Source: a virus (taxonomy: Duplodnaviria > Caudoviricetes). From it: 64,000 nt of DNA. The notes below the pieces were generated by a model. That model did no database searches. It was not told the DNA's origin and worked only from the letters and a program-made list of their open reading frames with translations. Below are positions 17,548 through 26,659 of this stretch, in pieces. The position numbers and the translations under genes are program-made. Positions within the stretch are counted from its first letter, which is position 1, and the number at the start of each line of letters is the position of its first letter. The stretch is taken from the IMG/VR virus record IMGVR_UViG_3300027286_000002; one strand, written 5' to 3'.

Positions 17548-18072
17548 TTAGATGATTTGGTAGGTGTCAAGATTTTCAAGTTTATAGGTTCTGATTTTAT
17601 CTTTTTCAAATTTTGCAATTTTAGAAATCATATTCTTTAATTGCACAACAATGGTAGAGTTCACAGGTTTTTTGATTTCAGGATTAGGATCTTTTTCTAA
17701 AACGATTTCTTCAAGGATTAAACCTGTGCAGTAGAGATCACCTGTCTTGGTAGAAATCTTAACACCTGCAATGGTAGGATGATCATTATAAACTTGAGTT
17801 TTAGTAGGATCATCAGTTAAAGAATTTTGAAGAGAAGTAATAAGACCTGTTCTGCCATGCTTTACACCTGTTAAAGTATCTTCGCAATCTTGCATATTGC
17901 AGGTAATGCCATGTTCTACTGCAAGTTGGAAAACTTGATCAGGTGTAAATGCTTGTGCTTTTGCAAGATCATTTAGGATAATGGTTTTGTAGTCAAATGC
18001 AAATTGAAGTTTAACTTGAACTTTATCTTTGCAAGTGCCTGTCTTTGTAGTAATGAATAATGCTGTATCCAT
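17548..18072 (-). CDS. Hypothetical protein (paralog of 16332-16859)
   Basis: See paralog; AAAGGACTTCTAAAATG. Confidence 0.75.
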   Translation of the reverse strand: MDTALFITTKTGTCKDKVQVKLQFAFDYKTIILNDLAKAQAFTPDQVFQLAVEHGITCNMQDCEDTLTGVKHGRTGLITSLQNSLTDDPTKTQVYNDHPTIAGVKISTKTGDLYCTGLILEEIVLEKDPNPEIKKPVNSTIVVQLKNMISKIAKFEKDKIRTYKLENLDTYQII

Positions 18073-18115
18073 TTTAGAAGTCCTTTGTTTAGGTAGTCAT
18101 TATTGACAATATAAA

Positions 18116-18145
18116 AACACTAAGTAGCATAAGCATATTGCAAGT
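18116..18145 (-). promoter_or_regulatory. Conserved promoter motif
   Basis: ACTTGCAA-N15-TAGTGTT. Confidence 0.7.
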
Positions 18146-18163
18146 TAAAATAAAATTTATAAT

Positions 18164-18226
18164 GAAGATGCTTAATGCCTGTGTAGAAGATGGTTAGAAT
18201 GCCTGTGTAGAAGATGTTTAATGCCT
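18164..18226. repeat. Short imperfect tandem repeat
   Basis: GAAGATG..TTAATGCCT / GTGTAGAAGATGGTTAGAATGCCT / GTGTAGAAGATGTTTAATGCCT. Confidence 0.7.
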
Positions 18227-18266
18227 ATGCTGTATATAAATAAATGCCTTATCCCTGCCTTAAATC

Positions 18267-19814
18267 CTATTCATTTAAATCTTTAATCTTTAAACCATTT
18301 GAGATATATGGTCTAAATTCTAAATTCTTAATCATTTTATCAAATTGTTTTTGAAATGCTTTCGCAATATCGTTCGGATCAATTTGATCTTCAAGGTTGA
18401 GTTCTGCATTTTTATCAAAACTTTGATTATTGCCTGCACTACTTTCATTTGAACTTTCAGATTGATCATCATCTGTGATTTGATCATCATCATCACCATC
18501 ATCAATTTGATCATCATCAATTTGATCATCATCAATTTGATCATTACCATCAGTTTGATCATCACCATCAGTTTGATCATCATCAGATTGATCATCATCA
18601 GATTGATCATTACCATCAGATTGATCTTCCTTGCTGTCATCATCATCAGAAGGATTTTGATCATCACCATCAGTAGTTTGATCTTCTTTATCAGATTGGT
18701 CTTGATCATCCTTATCTTGATCATCCTTATCTTGATCATCCTTATCTTGATCATCCTTATCAGATTGATCATCATCATTCTTATCGGATTGGTCTTGATC
18801 ATCATCATTATCATCATCACCACCTTGACCACCATCACAATCATCATCCTGATCATCATTAGGTTGGTCTTGATCATCATTAGGATCATTAGGTTGTGGA
18901 TTTTTCTGTTGTGGTGGTTGTGGTTGTTGATCTTCTTTAGGTAACTGCAATGCCATAAGGATTTCCATTGCAATGGTTAAAGGTAAATGAACAGTTTTTT
19001 CAATTTCCTTTTCCATATCTGTTTTCTTTTTGAAAGTAGTATATTCATCAATACTTACTTGTAATTGTTGCCAAAGATGTTTAACAGATAATGCTACTTG
19101 CCAAAGTTTAGGATAAAGAGTTGCATACTCTTTAAAAACTCTTTGTTGAGATTTTGATTTGTGGTCTTTACCTAAATCTCTAATCATAAGAGAAATGCAA
19201 TTAGAAGGATTTTTTGCCATTTCACCAGATGTTCTTGCTTTACTTTCTAAGTCATTCCAAATCCATTCTTGAATAGAATGAAATCTAACTTCACTTTCAG
19301 GATAAAGTTTAGACATCATTTTTTCTAAACGAATATCTGCACAGACATTAGACCATCTGCCTAGAACTTTTAAAAGATTGAATTTCTTATCCACAAATTC
19401 TTTAAACACAGGAATGATTTTTTGTTGAGTAGTAGAAGATAAATCACTACCTGCCATATCACAAAGGATATGTCCAACTTCATGACTGCCACCACCTAAA
19501 CCTATTGCACGATCAATAGAAACTAATTTACTTGCTTCAACACTAGGTAAAATCAATTTCACTTTACTAGAGTATTGCATTCTCATAGATGCTACATATT
19601 CAGATACAACCTTATTAAGATCAGTAGTATCTTTACTGAAATTTACTCTTGAACCAATATGTGCAATGGATAACACAGGGAAAAATGCACCTACTGCAAA
19701 AGTAGTACCTGAACGAACGATTTCAACACCCTTTGAATCACACAATGCTTGGAATGCACCACGACCCATTTCAAGAGTATCTGCCTTATATAAAGAATTT
19801 TGACTAGCAACCAT
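18267..19814 (-). CDS. CobT-like N-terminal protein: HExxH metallopeptidase-like domain plus long Asp/Gln-rich linker, no VWA domain
   Basis: GGGSHEVGHIL motif; about 150-aa D/Q-rich tract. Confidence 0.7.
   Translation of the reverse strand: MVASQNSLYKADTLEMGRGAFQALCDSKGVEIVRSGTTFAVGAFFPVLSIAHIGSRVNFSKDTTDLNKVVSEYVASMRMQYSSKVKLILPSVEASKLVSIDRAIGLGGGSHEVGHILCDMAGSDLSSTTQQKIIPVFKEFVDKKFNLLKVLGRWSNVCADIRLEKMMSKLYPESEVRFHSIQEWIWNDLESKARTSGEMAKNPSNCISLMIRDLGKDHKSKSQQRVFKEYATLYPKLWQVALSVKHLWQQLQVSIDEYTTFKKKTDMEKEIEKTVHLPLTIAMEILMALQLPKEDQQPQPPQQKNPQPNDPNDDQDQPNDDQDDDCDGGQGGDDDNDDDQDQSDKNDDDQSDKDDQDKDDQDKDDQDKDDQDQSDKEDQTTDGDDQNPSDDDDSKEDQSDGNDQSDDDQSDDDQTDGDDQTDGNDQIDDDQIDDDQIDDGDDDDQITDDDQSESSNESSAGNNQSFDKNAELNLEDQIDPNDIAKAFQKQFDKMIKNLEFRPYISNGLKIKDLNE
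18460..18900 (-). repeat. Coding low-complexity repeats (DDQDK, DDQID, DDQTDG)
   Basis: TCATCCTTATCTTGA and TCATCATCAATTTGA 15-nt units. Confidence 0.85.
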
Positions 19815-19862
19815 TTGGCTACACCTTTCAAAAAAAGAGATTGACGATATGTCATAAGCATA

Positions 19863-19891
19863 AACACTTTGGACTAAGATTTATTGCAAGT
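19863..19891 (-). promoter_or_regulatory. Conserved promoter motif
   Basis: ACTTGCAA-N14-AAGTGTT. Confidence 0.75.
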
Positions 19892-19917
19892 TCACTTATA
19901 ATTAATTTTTTTTATTT

Positions 19918-19949
19918 TTTTCTGCATTTCTCTAGAGAAAAGCAGAAAA
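19918..19949. promoter_or_regulatory. 32-bp near-perfect palindrome between divergent promoters
   Basis: TTTTCTGC-A-TTTCTCT|AGAGAAA-A-GCAGAAAA. Confidence 0.6.
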
Positions 19950-20022
19950 TTTAGAAAATTTTTAGCCAGCGAAAAAAAGTATTAAAAAAGTTATTAGGAA
20001 AGTTATTAAAAAATATAAGTGA

Positions 20023-20052
20023 ACTTGCAATAAAAGAAAAGCTCAAGTGTTT
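20023..20052 (+). promoter_or_regulatory. Conserved promoter motif
   Basis: ACTTGCAA-N14-AAGTGTTT. Confidence 0.75.
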
Positions 20053-20097
20053 CTGACTACACAAACAAACCAAACCTAAAAAAAGGATGTAATCCAA

Positions 20098-20895
20098 ATG
20101 GATATTACAGCACAAATTCGCAATACAGTTCGCACAGCATTACCTGCATTTTTAGATGCAAATGCACCTATCAGAAACATTGAAGCAAAAGCAGGTCTTT
20201 TAAAGCAACTTGGTTTTACAAGTGATCAATTTGGTTTCACTGACTCAGGTGTTAGCAAGATTGAAATTCTCATCGGTAATGAATTTTTCAGATTAAAGAA
20301 GATGGGTCAAGTTGAACAAGATGGTTGGATTTGGAAAGTATGTAAAGATCAATCTGTTCAACCTGTCATTGAAGAAGTAGAACCTGTGATTGAAACTCAA
20401 CCTGTGATTGAAACAATGGTAGTAGACATACAAGAAGAAACACAACCATCAAATGATGAGTTAGTAAATCCTGCATTAAGCAATCCTTTATTGAGATGTG
20501 ATGGATTTAGAAACTCATTGATAGAAAGTATGCAGTGTTATGGCAACTATGACAAAAAAGAATGTAATGGTTGTTTACTAGCATTTTGGTGTAATTCATT
20601 TACCAATTTCAGAAAAGAAGAAAAGAAAGCAGATAGACAGGCAAAAAAACAAGCAAAGAGTGCAAAAGAAGCATTACTAGAAAAGTATGCAGATAAAAGT
20701 GTTTCTTTGACAAACCTATTAAACTTGATAGGCAATGCAGTAGAAGTAACAAATACAAGTGGTGGTCAAACCTATTGTATGTTTAACACCACAATAGAAA
20801 TTGCAAAAGATGCACCTTGTTTTTTTGTTAAGAACTTTGGTCTTATTTCAGTAGAAATCTACAATGAGATGAAACAAGTAGTAGTACAAAAATAA
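20098..20895 (+). CDS. Hypothetical protein with four-Cys motif
   Basis: QCYGNYDKKECNGCLLAFWC possible metal-binding site. Confidence 0.7.
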   Translation: MDITAQIRNTVRTALPAFLDANAPIRNIEAKAGLLKQLGFTSDQFGFTDSGVSKIEILIGNEFFRLKKMGQVEQDGWIWKVCKDQSVQPVIEEVEPVIETQPVIETMVVDIQEETQPSNDELVNPALSNPLLRCDGFRNSLIESMQCYGNYDKKECNGCLLAFWCNSFTNFRKEEKKADRQAKKQAKSAKEALLEKYADKSVSLTNLLNLIGNAVEVTNTSGGQTYCMFNTTIEIAKDAPCFFVKNFGLISVEIYNEMKQVVVQK

Positions 20896-20901
20896 ATACC
20901 A

Positions 20902-20930
20902 ACTTGCAATAAACCTAAATCCTAAGTGTT
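20902..20930 (+). promoter_or_regulatory. Conserved promoter motif
   Basis: ACTTGCAA-N14-AAGTGTT. Confidence 0.75.
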
Positions 20931-20972
20931 ATAGCTTATAACCAATCCAATCCTAACAAAAGGAAAATCCAA

Positions 20973-21998
20973 ATGGCAGTAGTAAGAACTCCAATTTTAA
21001 ATCTCAATAATGGTTTCACCAAGTCTTTCTCAGGCATCAATGCAAAGGTCAATCCTTTAACAGATGCAGATTTAAAGAAAGCAAATTGTTTTGCACCATC
21101 TGTTAAGCATTATGTACCTACAACAGATAGATGGGTTCAACTTGCAGTCATGACAGCATTGAAATCCAAAAAACATTTATATGTACACGGTAAAGCAGGT
21201 TCAGGTAAAGATGCACTTTTCCAACAAGTAGCAAATCAATACAGAATTCCATTCATCAATCTTTCTTTTAAAGAAGGTGTAGATGTGAATGAATGGATTA
21301 TCAGAAGAGAAATCAAGGCAGAACAAGGTGGTTTTTCTACCAAGATTGAAGAAGGTGTATTACTCAAGGCAATAAAAGGTTTTGAATGTGAAGATGGCAG
21401 TAGAATACCATATATGATTTTGATTTCAGATATGGATAGAGCATTACCATCACAACTTGAAGTATTAAGACAAGCATTGCAAGAAGGTACATCTGCATAC
21501 TTGATCAATCCTATTGATGGTGAACCTATCAATGTATTAGAAGGTACATTGTTTGCATTAACAGGCAATAGTGCATTAGATGGTGATTTAAGAGGCAATA
21601 TGGTTAGCAATAGACTAGATGCAAGTATCTTGAATAGACTTGTCTGTGTTCGTGCAAACAATCCAACTGATGAATTTTATATCAAGATACTTGCAAATGA
21701 GTTTCCTACCTTGACAAAAGATCAATGTCAATTGTTAATCACTTGCATGAATGCAACCAGCAAAATGGCAGAAGATTTAGCATTACCTATTGAGATCAGT
21801 ATCAGAACTACTAAGGCATGGGCAAGACTTGCAATAGATGCACTAGAATGTGGACTAGCAAAGAACTTTAAACAAGCAATCCAATTTGGATTTGATGGTG
21901 TTATAGATGGTTTCTTTAGTAATCCTGTGCAAGCAGAATCAATTAGAGGTGCAATTGATAATTTAGTAGGTGGCAGTGCAGAAGCAATTTTATATTAA
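20973..21998 (+). CDS. MoxR/CbbQ/CobS-like AAA+ ATPase with atypical Walker motifs
   Basis: GKAGSGKD (Walker A), MILISDMDRA (Walker B), LTGN sensor-1, LDASILNRL Arg finger; adjacent VWA gene. Confidence 0.85.
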   Translation: MAVVRTPILNLNNGFTKSFSGINAKVNPLTDADLKKANCFAPSVKHYVPTTDRWVQLAVMTALKSKKHLYVHGKAGSGKDALFQQVANQYRIPFINLSFKEGVDVNEWIIRREIKAEQGGFSTKIEEGVLLKAIKGFECEDGSRIPYMILISDMDRALPSQLEVLRQALQEGTSAYLINPIDGEPINVLEGTLFALTGNSALDGDLRGNMVSNRLDASILNRLVCVRANNPTDEFYIKILANEFPTLTKDQCQLLITCMNATSKMAEDLALPIEISIRTTKAWARLAIDALECGLAKNFKQAIQFGFDGVIDGFFSNPVQAESIRGAIDNLVGGSAEAILY

Positions 21999-22006
21999 TC
22001 GGATCT

Positions 22007-22036
22007 ACTTGCAATAAATTTAAATTCTAAGTGTTT
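22007..22036 (+). promoter_or_regulatory. Conserved promoter motif
   Basis: ACTTGCAA-N14-AAGTGTTT. Confidence 0.75.
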
Positions 22037-22069
22037 AGCTAATATCTCTAATCCAAAGGATAAAAACTC

Positions 22070-22906
22070 ATGTATCTAAATCATTTTAAAAATGTTCAAG
22101 AAGAATTAAGAAAATATGCAGTCGTTAAGACAAACGAACTTCGCAGGATTTTACTTGATGACCAAAATAAGAAATCATTTACAAAGAATGGTTTAAGTTT
22201 AAATGGTCGTGGCATTGTCAATACAGCAATTGCAATTGCAAATGGCAGGGAAAATTTAGATAGGTATAAGACCTTCCAGCAAAAGCAAACTACTCTTGCA
22301 GGATTTTCATTTGCATTTGATTTCTCAGGCAGTATGGCAAATGGTGGCATCACAGGCAGTTGTTCTTTTTTACCTAGATACCATGCACTTGTTTTAGCAA
22401 TGGAAAGTTTATTAAATGTCATTACTCCATTTGGCATAAAATCTTATATTGGTGGTGTCTTATTTGAACATAGTAGAAGAGATCAACACCAATTCCAAAC
22501 AAGTACTGATAACTTGCAAATCTCTTTAAAGGTTATTAAAAAAGATACTGAAAGATTTGATATCAATCGTGCATTTACAGGTACTCAACCTAAATCAAGT
22601 ACATACCTTTGTGCATATGCACAAGGTGCAATTGAAATGGCAAAAAGAATAAAAGGTGTAGATAAGCGAATAGCAATCTATATGACAGATGGTGAAGATT
22701 GGACTTCTTTACCTTATCTCAAATCAATTCAAGAACAAGCAAAATCTGAAGGCATTGATTTGATCTGTGCAGTTTTAGACCTTGATTTAGATCAAAGAAT
22801 GATTTCAGAATTGAAAGCAAAAGAAATAAATTTAGCAGTGTTTAAAACACCTCAAGAATTTATATCATCATTAACAGAAGTATTAAAAAACATCTACATA
22901 GGATAA
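22070..22906 (+). CDS. von Willebrand factor A (VWA) domain protein, CobT/CbbO C-terminal-like
   Basis: MIDAS motif FAFDFSGSM ... ST ... YMTDGED. Confidence 0.85.
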   Translation: MYLNHFKNVQEELRKYAVVKTNELRRILLDDQNKKSFTKNGLSLNGRGIVNTAIAIANGRENLDRYKTFQQKQTTLAGFSFAFDFSGSMANGGITGSCSFLPRYHALVLAMESLLNVITPFGIKSYIGGVLFEHSRRDQHQFQTSTDNLQISLKVIKKDTERFDINRAFTGTQPKSSTYLCAYAQGAIEMAKRIKGVDKRIAIYMTDGEDWTSLPYLKSIQEQAKSEGIDLICAVLDLDLDQRMISELKAKEINLAVFKTPQEFISSLTEVLKNIYIG

Positions 22907-22908
22907 AA

Positions 22909-23760
22909 ATGACTTCCTTCTCATTCAAAACTTTATTGAAAGTTGTTAGCAAAGAAGAACTACAGGCTATTGCTACTTCTTCTTTGAATATCGATGATCT
23001 ATGCACAAAACTTAATCTCAATAAAATGCAGATTAGATACCTTTACTCTAAAGCAGGCATTGAACTGTCTTTATTTAAATCCAAAAAACTTATTCCTAAT
23101 CCAGCACAGATATTCTCTAAAGAAGATCTCATTGTGCATATAGGCAAACCTTTACAGGTTGTCTGTAAAGAACTTAATCTGAAACCTAAAAAAGTTATTA
23201 AACTCTTTACTGAAAACAATTTACCTGTTCCTGTTCGTTCTAATAACTTTGCATCTAAATGTCCTGTTAGTAAACAAGACCTAGAACATGATTATATCAC
23301 TTTAAAGAAGTCTTTAAGTTTTATAGGTGAAAAATATGATGTCAGTAAACAGCAAGTTTCTAATTGGCTGTATTTCTATCAAATACCTGTAAGGTCAAGA
23401 GGCACTATACCTGAAATTCCTAGAAAGACTAGAAAACATCCCATGTGGTCTTGGACAGATGAAGAGTTCTTAAATAAAGTTAAGAGTTCTATCAGTTCGC
23501 AGGACTTCTGTAAAAAAGAAAATATCTCTTATGCACTCTTTAATAATTTCATTAAAGAAAGAGGTCTTAAACCACCTTTCCCAAAGCAAAAATTTCTTTT
23601 TACCAAAGAATATATAATAGATCTGTATCTGGTCAAGAGCATGACTATTAAAGAAATAGCAGAACAGGAAGGCTGTCATTGGCAAACCATTAATAGATGT
23701 TTAAAAGCATTTGGTCTTACAGGCAGTAAACCTAAAAGAAAAAGAAAGAACTTGCAATAA
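22909..23760 (+). CDS. Tandem helix-turn-helix repeat protein
   Basis: Units such as DLEHDYITLKKSLSFIGEKYDVSKQQVSNWL and IIDLYLVKSMTIKEIAEQEGCHWQTINRCL. Confidence 0.75.
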   Translation: MTSFSFKTLLKVVSKEELQAIATSSLNIDDLCTKLNLNKMQIRYLYSKAGIELSLFKSKKLIPNPAQIFSKEDLIVHIGKPLQVVCKELNLKPKKVIKLFTENNLPVPVRSNNFASKCPVSKQDLEHDYITLKKSLSFIGEKYDVSKQQVSNWLYFYQIPVRSRGTIPEIPRKTRKHPMWSWTDEEFLNKVKSSISSQDFCKKENISYALFNNFIKERGLKPPFPKQKFLFTKEYIIDLYLVKSMTIKEIAEQEGCHWQTINRCLKAFGLTGSKPKRKRKNLQ

Positions 23761-23780
23761 ATTTATATGGTTTAGTGTTT
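23750..23780 (+). promoter_or_regulatory. Conserved promoter motif
   Basis: ACTTGCAA-N15-TAGTGTTT. Confidence 0.7.
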
Positions 23781-23805
23781 TAGATAGTGAAAGGAAAGAT
23801 GAAAA

Positions 23806-24150
23806 ATGAAAAATATTCTCACTATCAAAGATTATACCTGCACTAGAACAGTTAGTGCAAATGGCAATGCAACCTACCTTTGTACCTGTCCTGCATGGGA
23901 TATGGCAATGAAAAGAGGTGTACCTTGTAAGCATATCTTATCAATCTTGTTTACAGGTTGTGATGTAACAAAATGGGAAACCATTCGTACAGCATTCGCA
24001 AAACAATTTAATATGTTACCTAGTAAAGCAGAAGTCATTTTAGGTAAAGGATTGAGATATAATGAACCTTCTGTTATTGAATGGTATGCAGATTATCAAA
24101 AATCACAAATCAAAAACATACCTAAAGAATTTGTTATTGGCGACATTTAG
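23806..24150 (+). CDS. SWIM zinc-finger protein
   Basis: YLCTCPAW....GVPCKHI (CxC-Xn-CxH). Confidence 0.8.
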   Translation: MKNILTIKDYTCTRTVSANGNATYLCTCPAWDMAMKRGVPCKHILSILFTGCDVTKWETIRTAFAKQFNMLPSKAEVILGKGLRYNEPSVIEWYADYQKSQIKNIPKEFVIGDI

Positions 24151-24976
24151 ATAAAATATATAAATAAGCAACTCTTTGAATACTGCTTCTTCGTAGACTA
24201 GCTACTCTACCTGTTGTATAATTACAGACACCTACATCTAAAATATGCTTTCCATCAGGATAAGCAGTAATAACTTTTAAAGTATTAAACCTGCTCAAAT
24301 ATGGTTTTTTCTTTTTTTCTTGCTCTAATGTTTTAATATCATCTTCTTCTTGTTTCTTCTTATCTTCTTTTTCTTTTTCTGTTAATGGTTTCTTATCGTC
24401 TTCATCAAAATGTTCTTTCGACACTTCTACATTAGATTGGTTTTCTGCTAAAAACACATACCAATAACCACTAATTTTCATTTCAAAAGGTTCTGTGCCT
24501 GCAGGATAATTTTTACCACTTGCTTTAGCCATACCTGTTGGATACCAAGTATCACCACTTCTCTTGAATCCCTTTTTATAGTTATTTTCCATATACCTTT
24601 CATAATTATTTAAAAATTTCCTAACAGCAGATTGAACAAAACTTAATGGCATTCCTCTGTAATCTAACATCATTTGACAATGTGGTTCAATAAAGATTTG
24701 TTTAAAAAATCTTTTTTCATTAAGATCTAAGGTACACACTTTTCGTGGATAGATATGCCACTCCCAACCTTTATCAGTATTTATCTTTGGTAAATTTGCT
24801 AAAGCATCTTCAAGTTTGTTATTCTGATTTGCCATCTCATCTTGAAATTCTTTAAACTTAGCTTGATTGAAGTCCAAAACTCTCTTATGTGTTAAACACC
24901 AGCCTGCTCCTCTGCCTACACTACCATAAGGTGGATTTAAATCCTTCAGTCTAAATGCTCTTTTTCTTAATCTCAT
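24134..24976 (-). CDS. Hypothetical protein
   Basis: 280 aa; AGGAGTATAAG RBS. Confidence 0.7.
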   Translation of the reverse strand: MRLRKRAFRLKDLNPPYGSVGRGAGWCLTHKRVLDFNQAKFKEFQDEMANQNNKLEDALANLPKINTDKGWEWHIYPRKVCTLDLNEKRFFKQIFIEPHCQMMLDYRGMPLSFVQSAVRKFLNNYERYMENNYKKGFKRSGDTWYPTGMAKASGKNYPAGTEPFEMKISGYWYVFLAENQSNVEVSKEHFDEDDKKPLTEKEKEDKKKQEEDDIKTLEQEKKKKPYLSRFNTLKVITAYPDGKHILDVGVCNYTTGRVASLRRSSIQRVAYLYILSKCRQ

Positions 24977-25013
24977 TTTCTTATACTCCTGTAATCCTTT
25001 AATCAGATGTTTC

Positions 25014-25337
25014 CTATGTTCTTAAAATAAATAAAGTATTAAATTCTTCTTTTAATATATCTAGTTCTTCACTGCTTAACTCTAAAACATCCGTGTGCTT
25101 TATATACTTCTGGTCAAAACAAACACCTATTGTTTTAATAAGCATATTGCCTAATACTTTCCTGTGATGAATGCCTACAGGTACTAATAAAGCATAATGC
25201 ACTTCTCTATTACTACCTGTACTGATTAAAACTTCTACTATAATGCCTAAACTCTCAATCCATATAAAATTTGGATCATAATAAGCTACTCTTTTATCTA
25301 CCAAAAGGTAATCAAATAAATCTTTTAAGGTAATCAT
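25014..25337 (-). CDS. Hypothetical protein
   Basis: Probable start MITLKDL at 25337. Confidence 0.6.
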   Translation of the reverse strand: MITLKDLFDYLLVDKRVAYYDPNFIWIESLGIIVEVLISTGSNREVHYALLVPVGIHHRKVLGNMLIKTIGVCFDQKYIKHTDVLELSSEELDILKEEFNTLFILRT

Positions 25338-25351
25338 CTTTTTTTTACTCA

Positions 25352-25381
25352 ACTTGCAAGAATTTTAAATCTTAAGTGTTT
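25352..25381 (+). promoter_or_regulatory. Conserved promoter motif
   Basis: ACTTGCAA-N14-AAGTGTTT. Confidence 0.75.
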
Positions 25382-25417
25382 ATGTCTTACATATACAAAC
25401 TGAAAGGTTAAAATCTT

Positions 25418-26002
25418 ATGTCATCTAAAAATACTGACATCAAATTCCAAACAGATAAACAAAATGCACCATCTTGGACAGTCAAGATGGAATTTATGGA
25501 AGGTGTTTCTCTAGAAAGAAACCATTCTTTCTTAGGTGTATATCCTAAATTGGCAGTTCAAAATGATAACCATTCTGTTATCTCTTTTAACTGTTTTGGT
25601 TTAAGATACAAACATATGGATAAATTCTCTATCTCTATCTCTAATGGTAGTGCAGAAATTGAAAAGTTTAAACTACCTGTAGGTATGTCCTTTGGCAGTG
25701 AAAAATTTCTACAATTTAATCTATATCCTACAAGTAACACAGGCAGTATTACTGTCACTGATACTTTTAAATCATATGTCTTAACTTGGGAAGAAAAAGA
25801 TGATCATGTCAGTTTAAAATGCAAAGACTTCCAAGTAGCAATCAATTATGTACATGGTGTTATTGATATTCCTAACATCACTGAAAATCAAATGATGTTA
25901 GATTTCTTTCTTCAATGTAAAGAAAAAAGCAATGATGCAGAAAATGACAAGTTTTTAGAAAAAATGATTGATAAATATTATAAGAATACAAACCTACAAT
26001 AA
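25418..26002 (+). CDS. Hypothetical protein (paralog of 27061-27606)
   Basis: FGLRYKHMDKFSISISNG vs FGLRYKHSDKFSISISEG. Confidence 0.75.
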   Translation: MSSKNTDIKFQTDKQNAPSWTVKMEFMEGVSLERNHSFLGVYPKLAVQNDNHSVISFNCFGLRYKHMDKFSISISNGSAEIEKFKLPVGMSFGSEKFLQFNLYPTSNTGSITVTDTFKSYVLTWEEKDDHVSLKCKDFQVAINYVHGVIDIPNITENQMMLDFFLQCKEKSNDAENDKFLEKMIDKYYKNTNLQ

Positions 26003-26013
26003 AGGAACTCGTT

Positions 26014-26421
26014 TTGAAAACTCAAATCTTAAACACTATGCGATTAGCTTTTGCTTTAAAACTCTTAACCAAAAATGAGTTTTTTACTTTAGCACCTTTA
26101 CCTGACTTCATTAAAACTAAAGATACCAATGGTCAATTAGACCTTGATATTGAAAAATCTGCACCTAAAGACTACACATATAAGTTCTTTATCTCTAAAA
26201 ACTCTACTGAACTTAGATTAGGTAACTTTTATGCAGTTGAAGTACTTCAAAATACTAATCGTATTCTCATTACTCAACACCTGTCTTATGAAGATAAAGA
26301 TCCTGTTCTCTTAAATGATGAGTGTTGCATCTCTTCTTCTGTTAATGGTTTTGGCTGTTCTAAAGATCTTATTGACTACCTTGTCTTTCTTTTCTCTACA
26401 GATGAAAACAAAATACAGTAA
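26014..26421 (+). CDS. Hypothetical protein
   Basis: TTG start after AAAGGAAC. Confidence 0.6.
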   Translation: MKTQILNTMRLAFALKLLTKNEFFTLAPLPDFIKTKDTNGQLDLDIEKSAPKDYTYKFFISKNSTELRLGNFYAVEVLQNTNRILITQHLSYEDKDPVLLNDECCISSSVNGFGCSKDLIDYLVFLFSTDENKIQ

Positions 26422-26422
26422 A

Positions 26423-26659
26423 ATGTTAGATCAATACTCTTTCTACCAACACCTACAAAGTGGTACTCTTAACCACTATGTTTTAGACAGCCATCTTTGT
26501 AGCCATAACCTTTTTTCTTTTTCTCTTAAAAATAACTCTTTCTTTATTTTTTGCTTTCGTTTACCTAATGGTCAATGGTTTTTTACCAATGGCTTTAACA
26601 AAGCTAAAAAAATCCGAAACATCCACTCTTTTCTTTCAGGACTTACTCATGGATCTTGA
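26423..26659 (+). CDS. Hypothetical protein (weakly similar to 46027-46308)
   Basis: Probable start MLDQYSF (TAAAATG junction); LQSGTLN vs VQSGTLN. Confidence 0.55.
   Translation: MLDQYSFYQHLQSGTLNHYVLDSHLCSHNLFSFSLKNNSFFIFCFRLPNGQWFFTNGFNKAKKIRNIHSFLSGLTHGS

Noticed and set aside
18164-18226. CRISPR array
   Set aside because: Repeats abut with no unique spacers
18332-18973. M/I/K-rich 213-aa ORF and I-rich 160-aa ORF (18462-18944)
   Set aside because: Alternative-frame and antisense read-outs of the GATGATCAA repeats encoding the acidic linker of 18267-19814
2578-23760. HTH-repeat ORFs as homing endonucleases
   Set aside because: No HNH, GIY-YIG, LAGLIDADG or PD-(D/E)xK motif seen in any of the four, and none interrupts a gene
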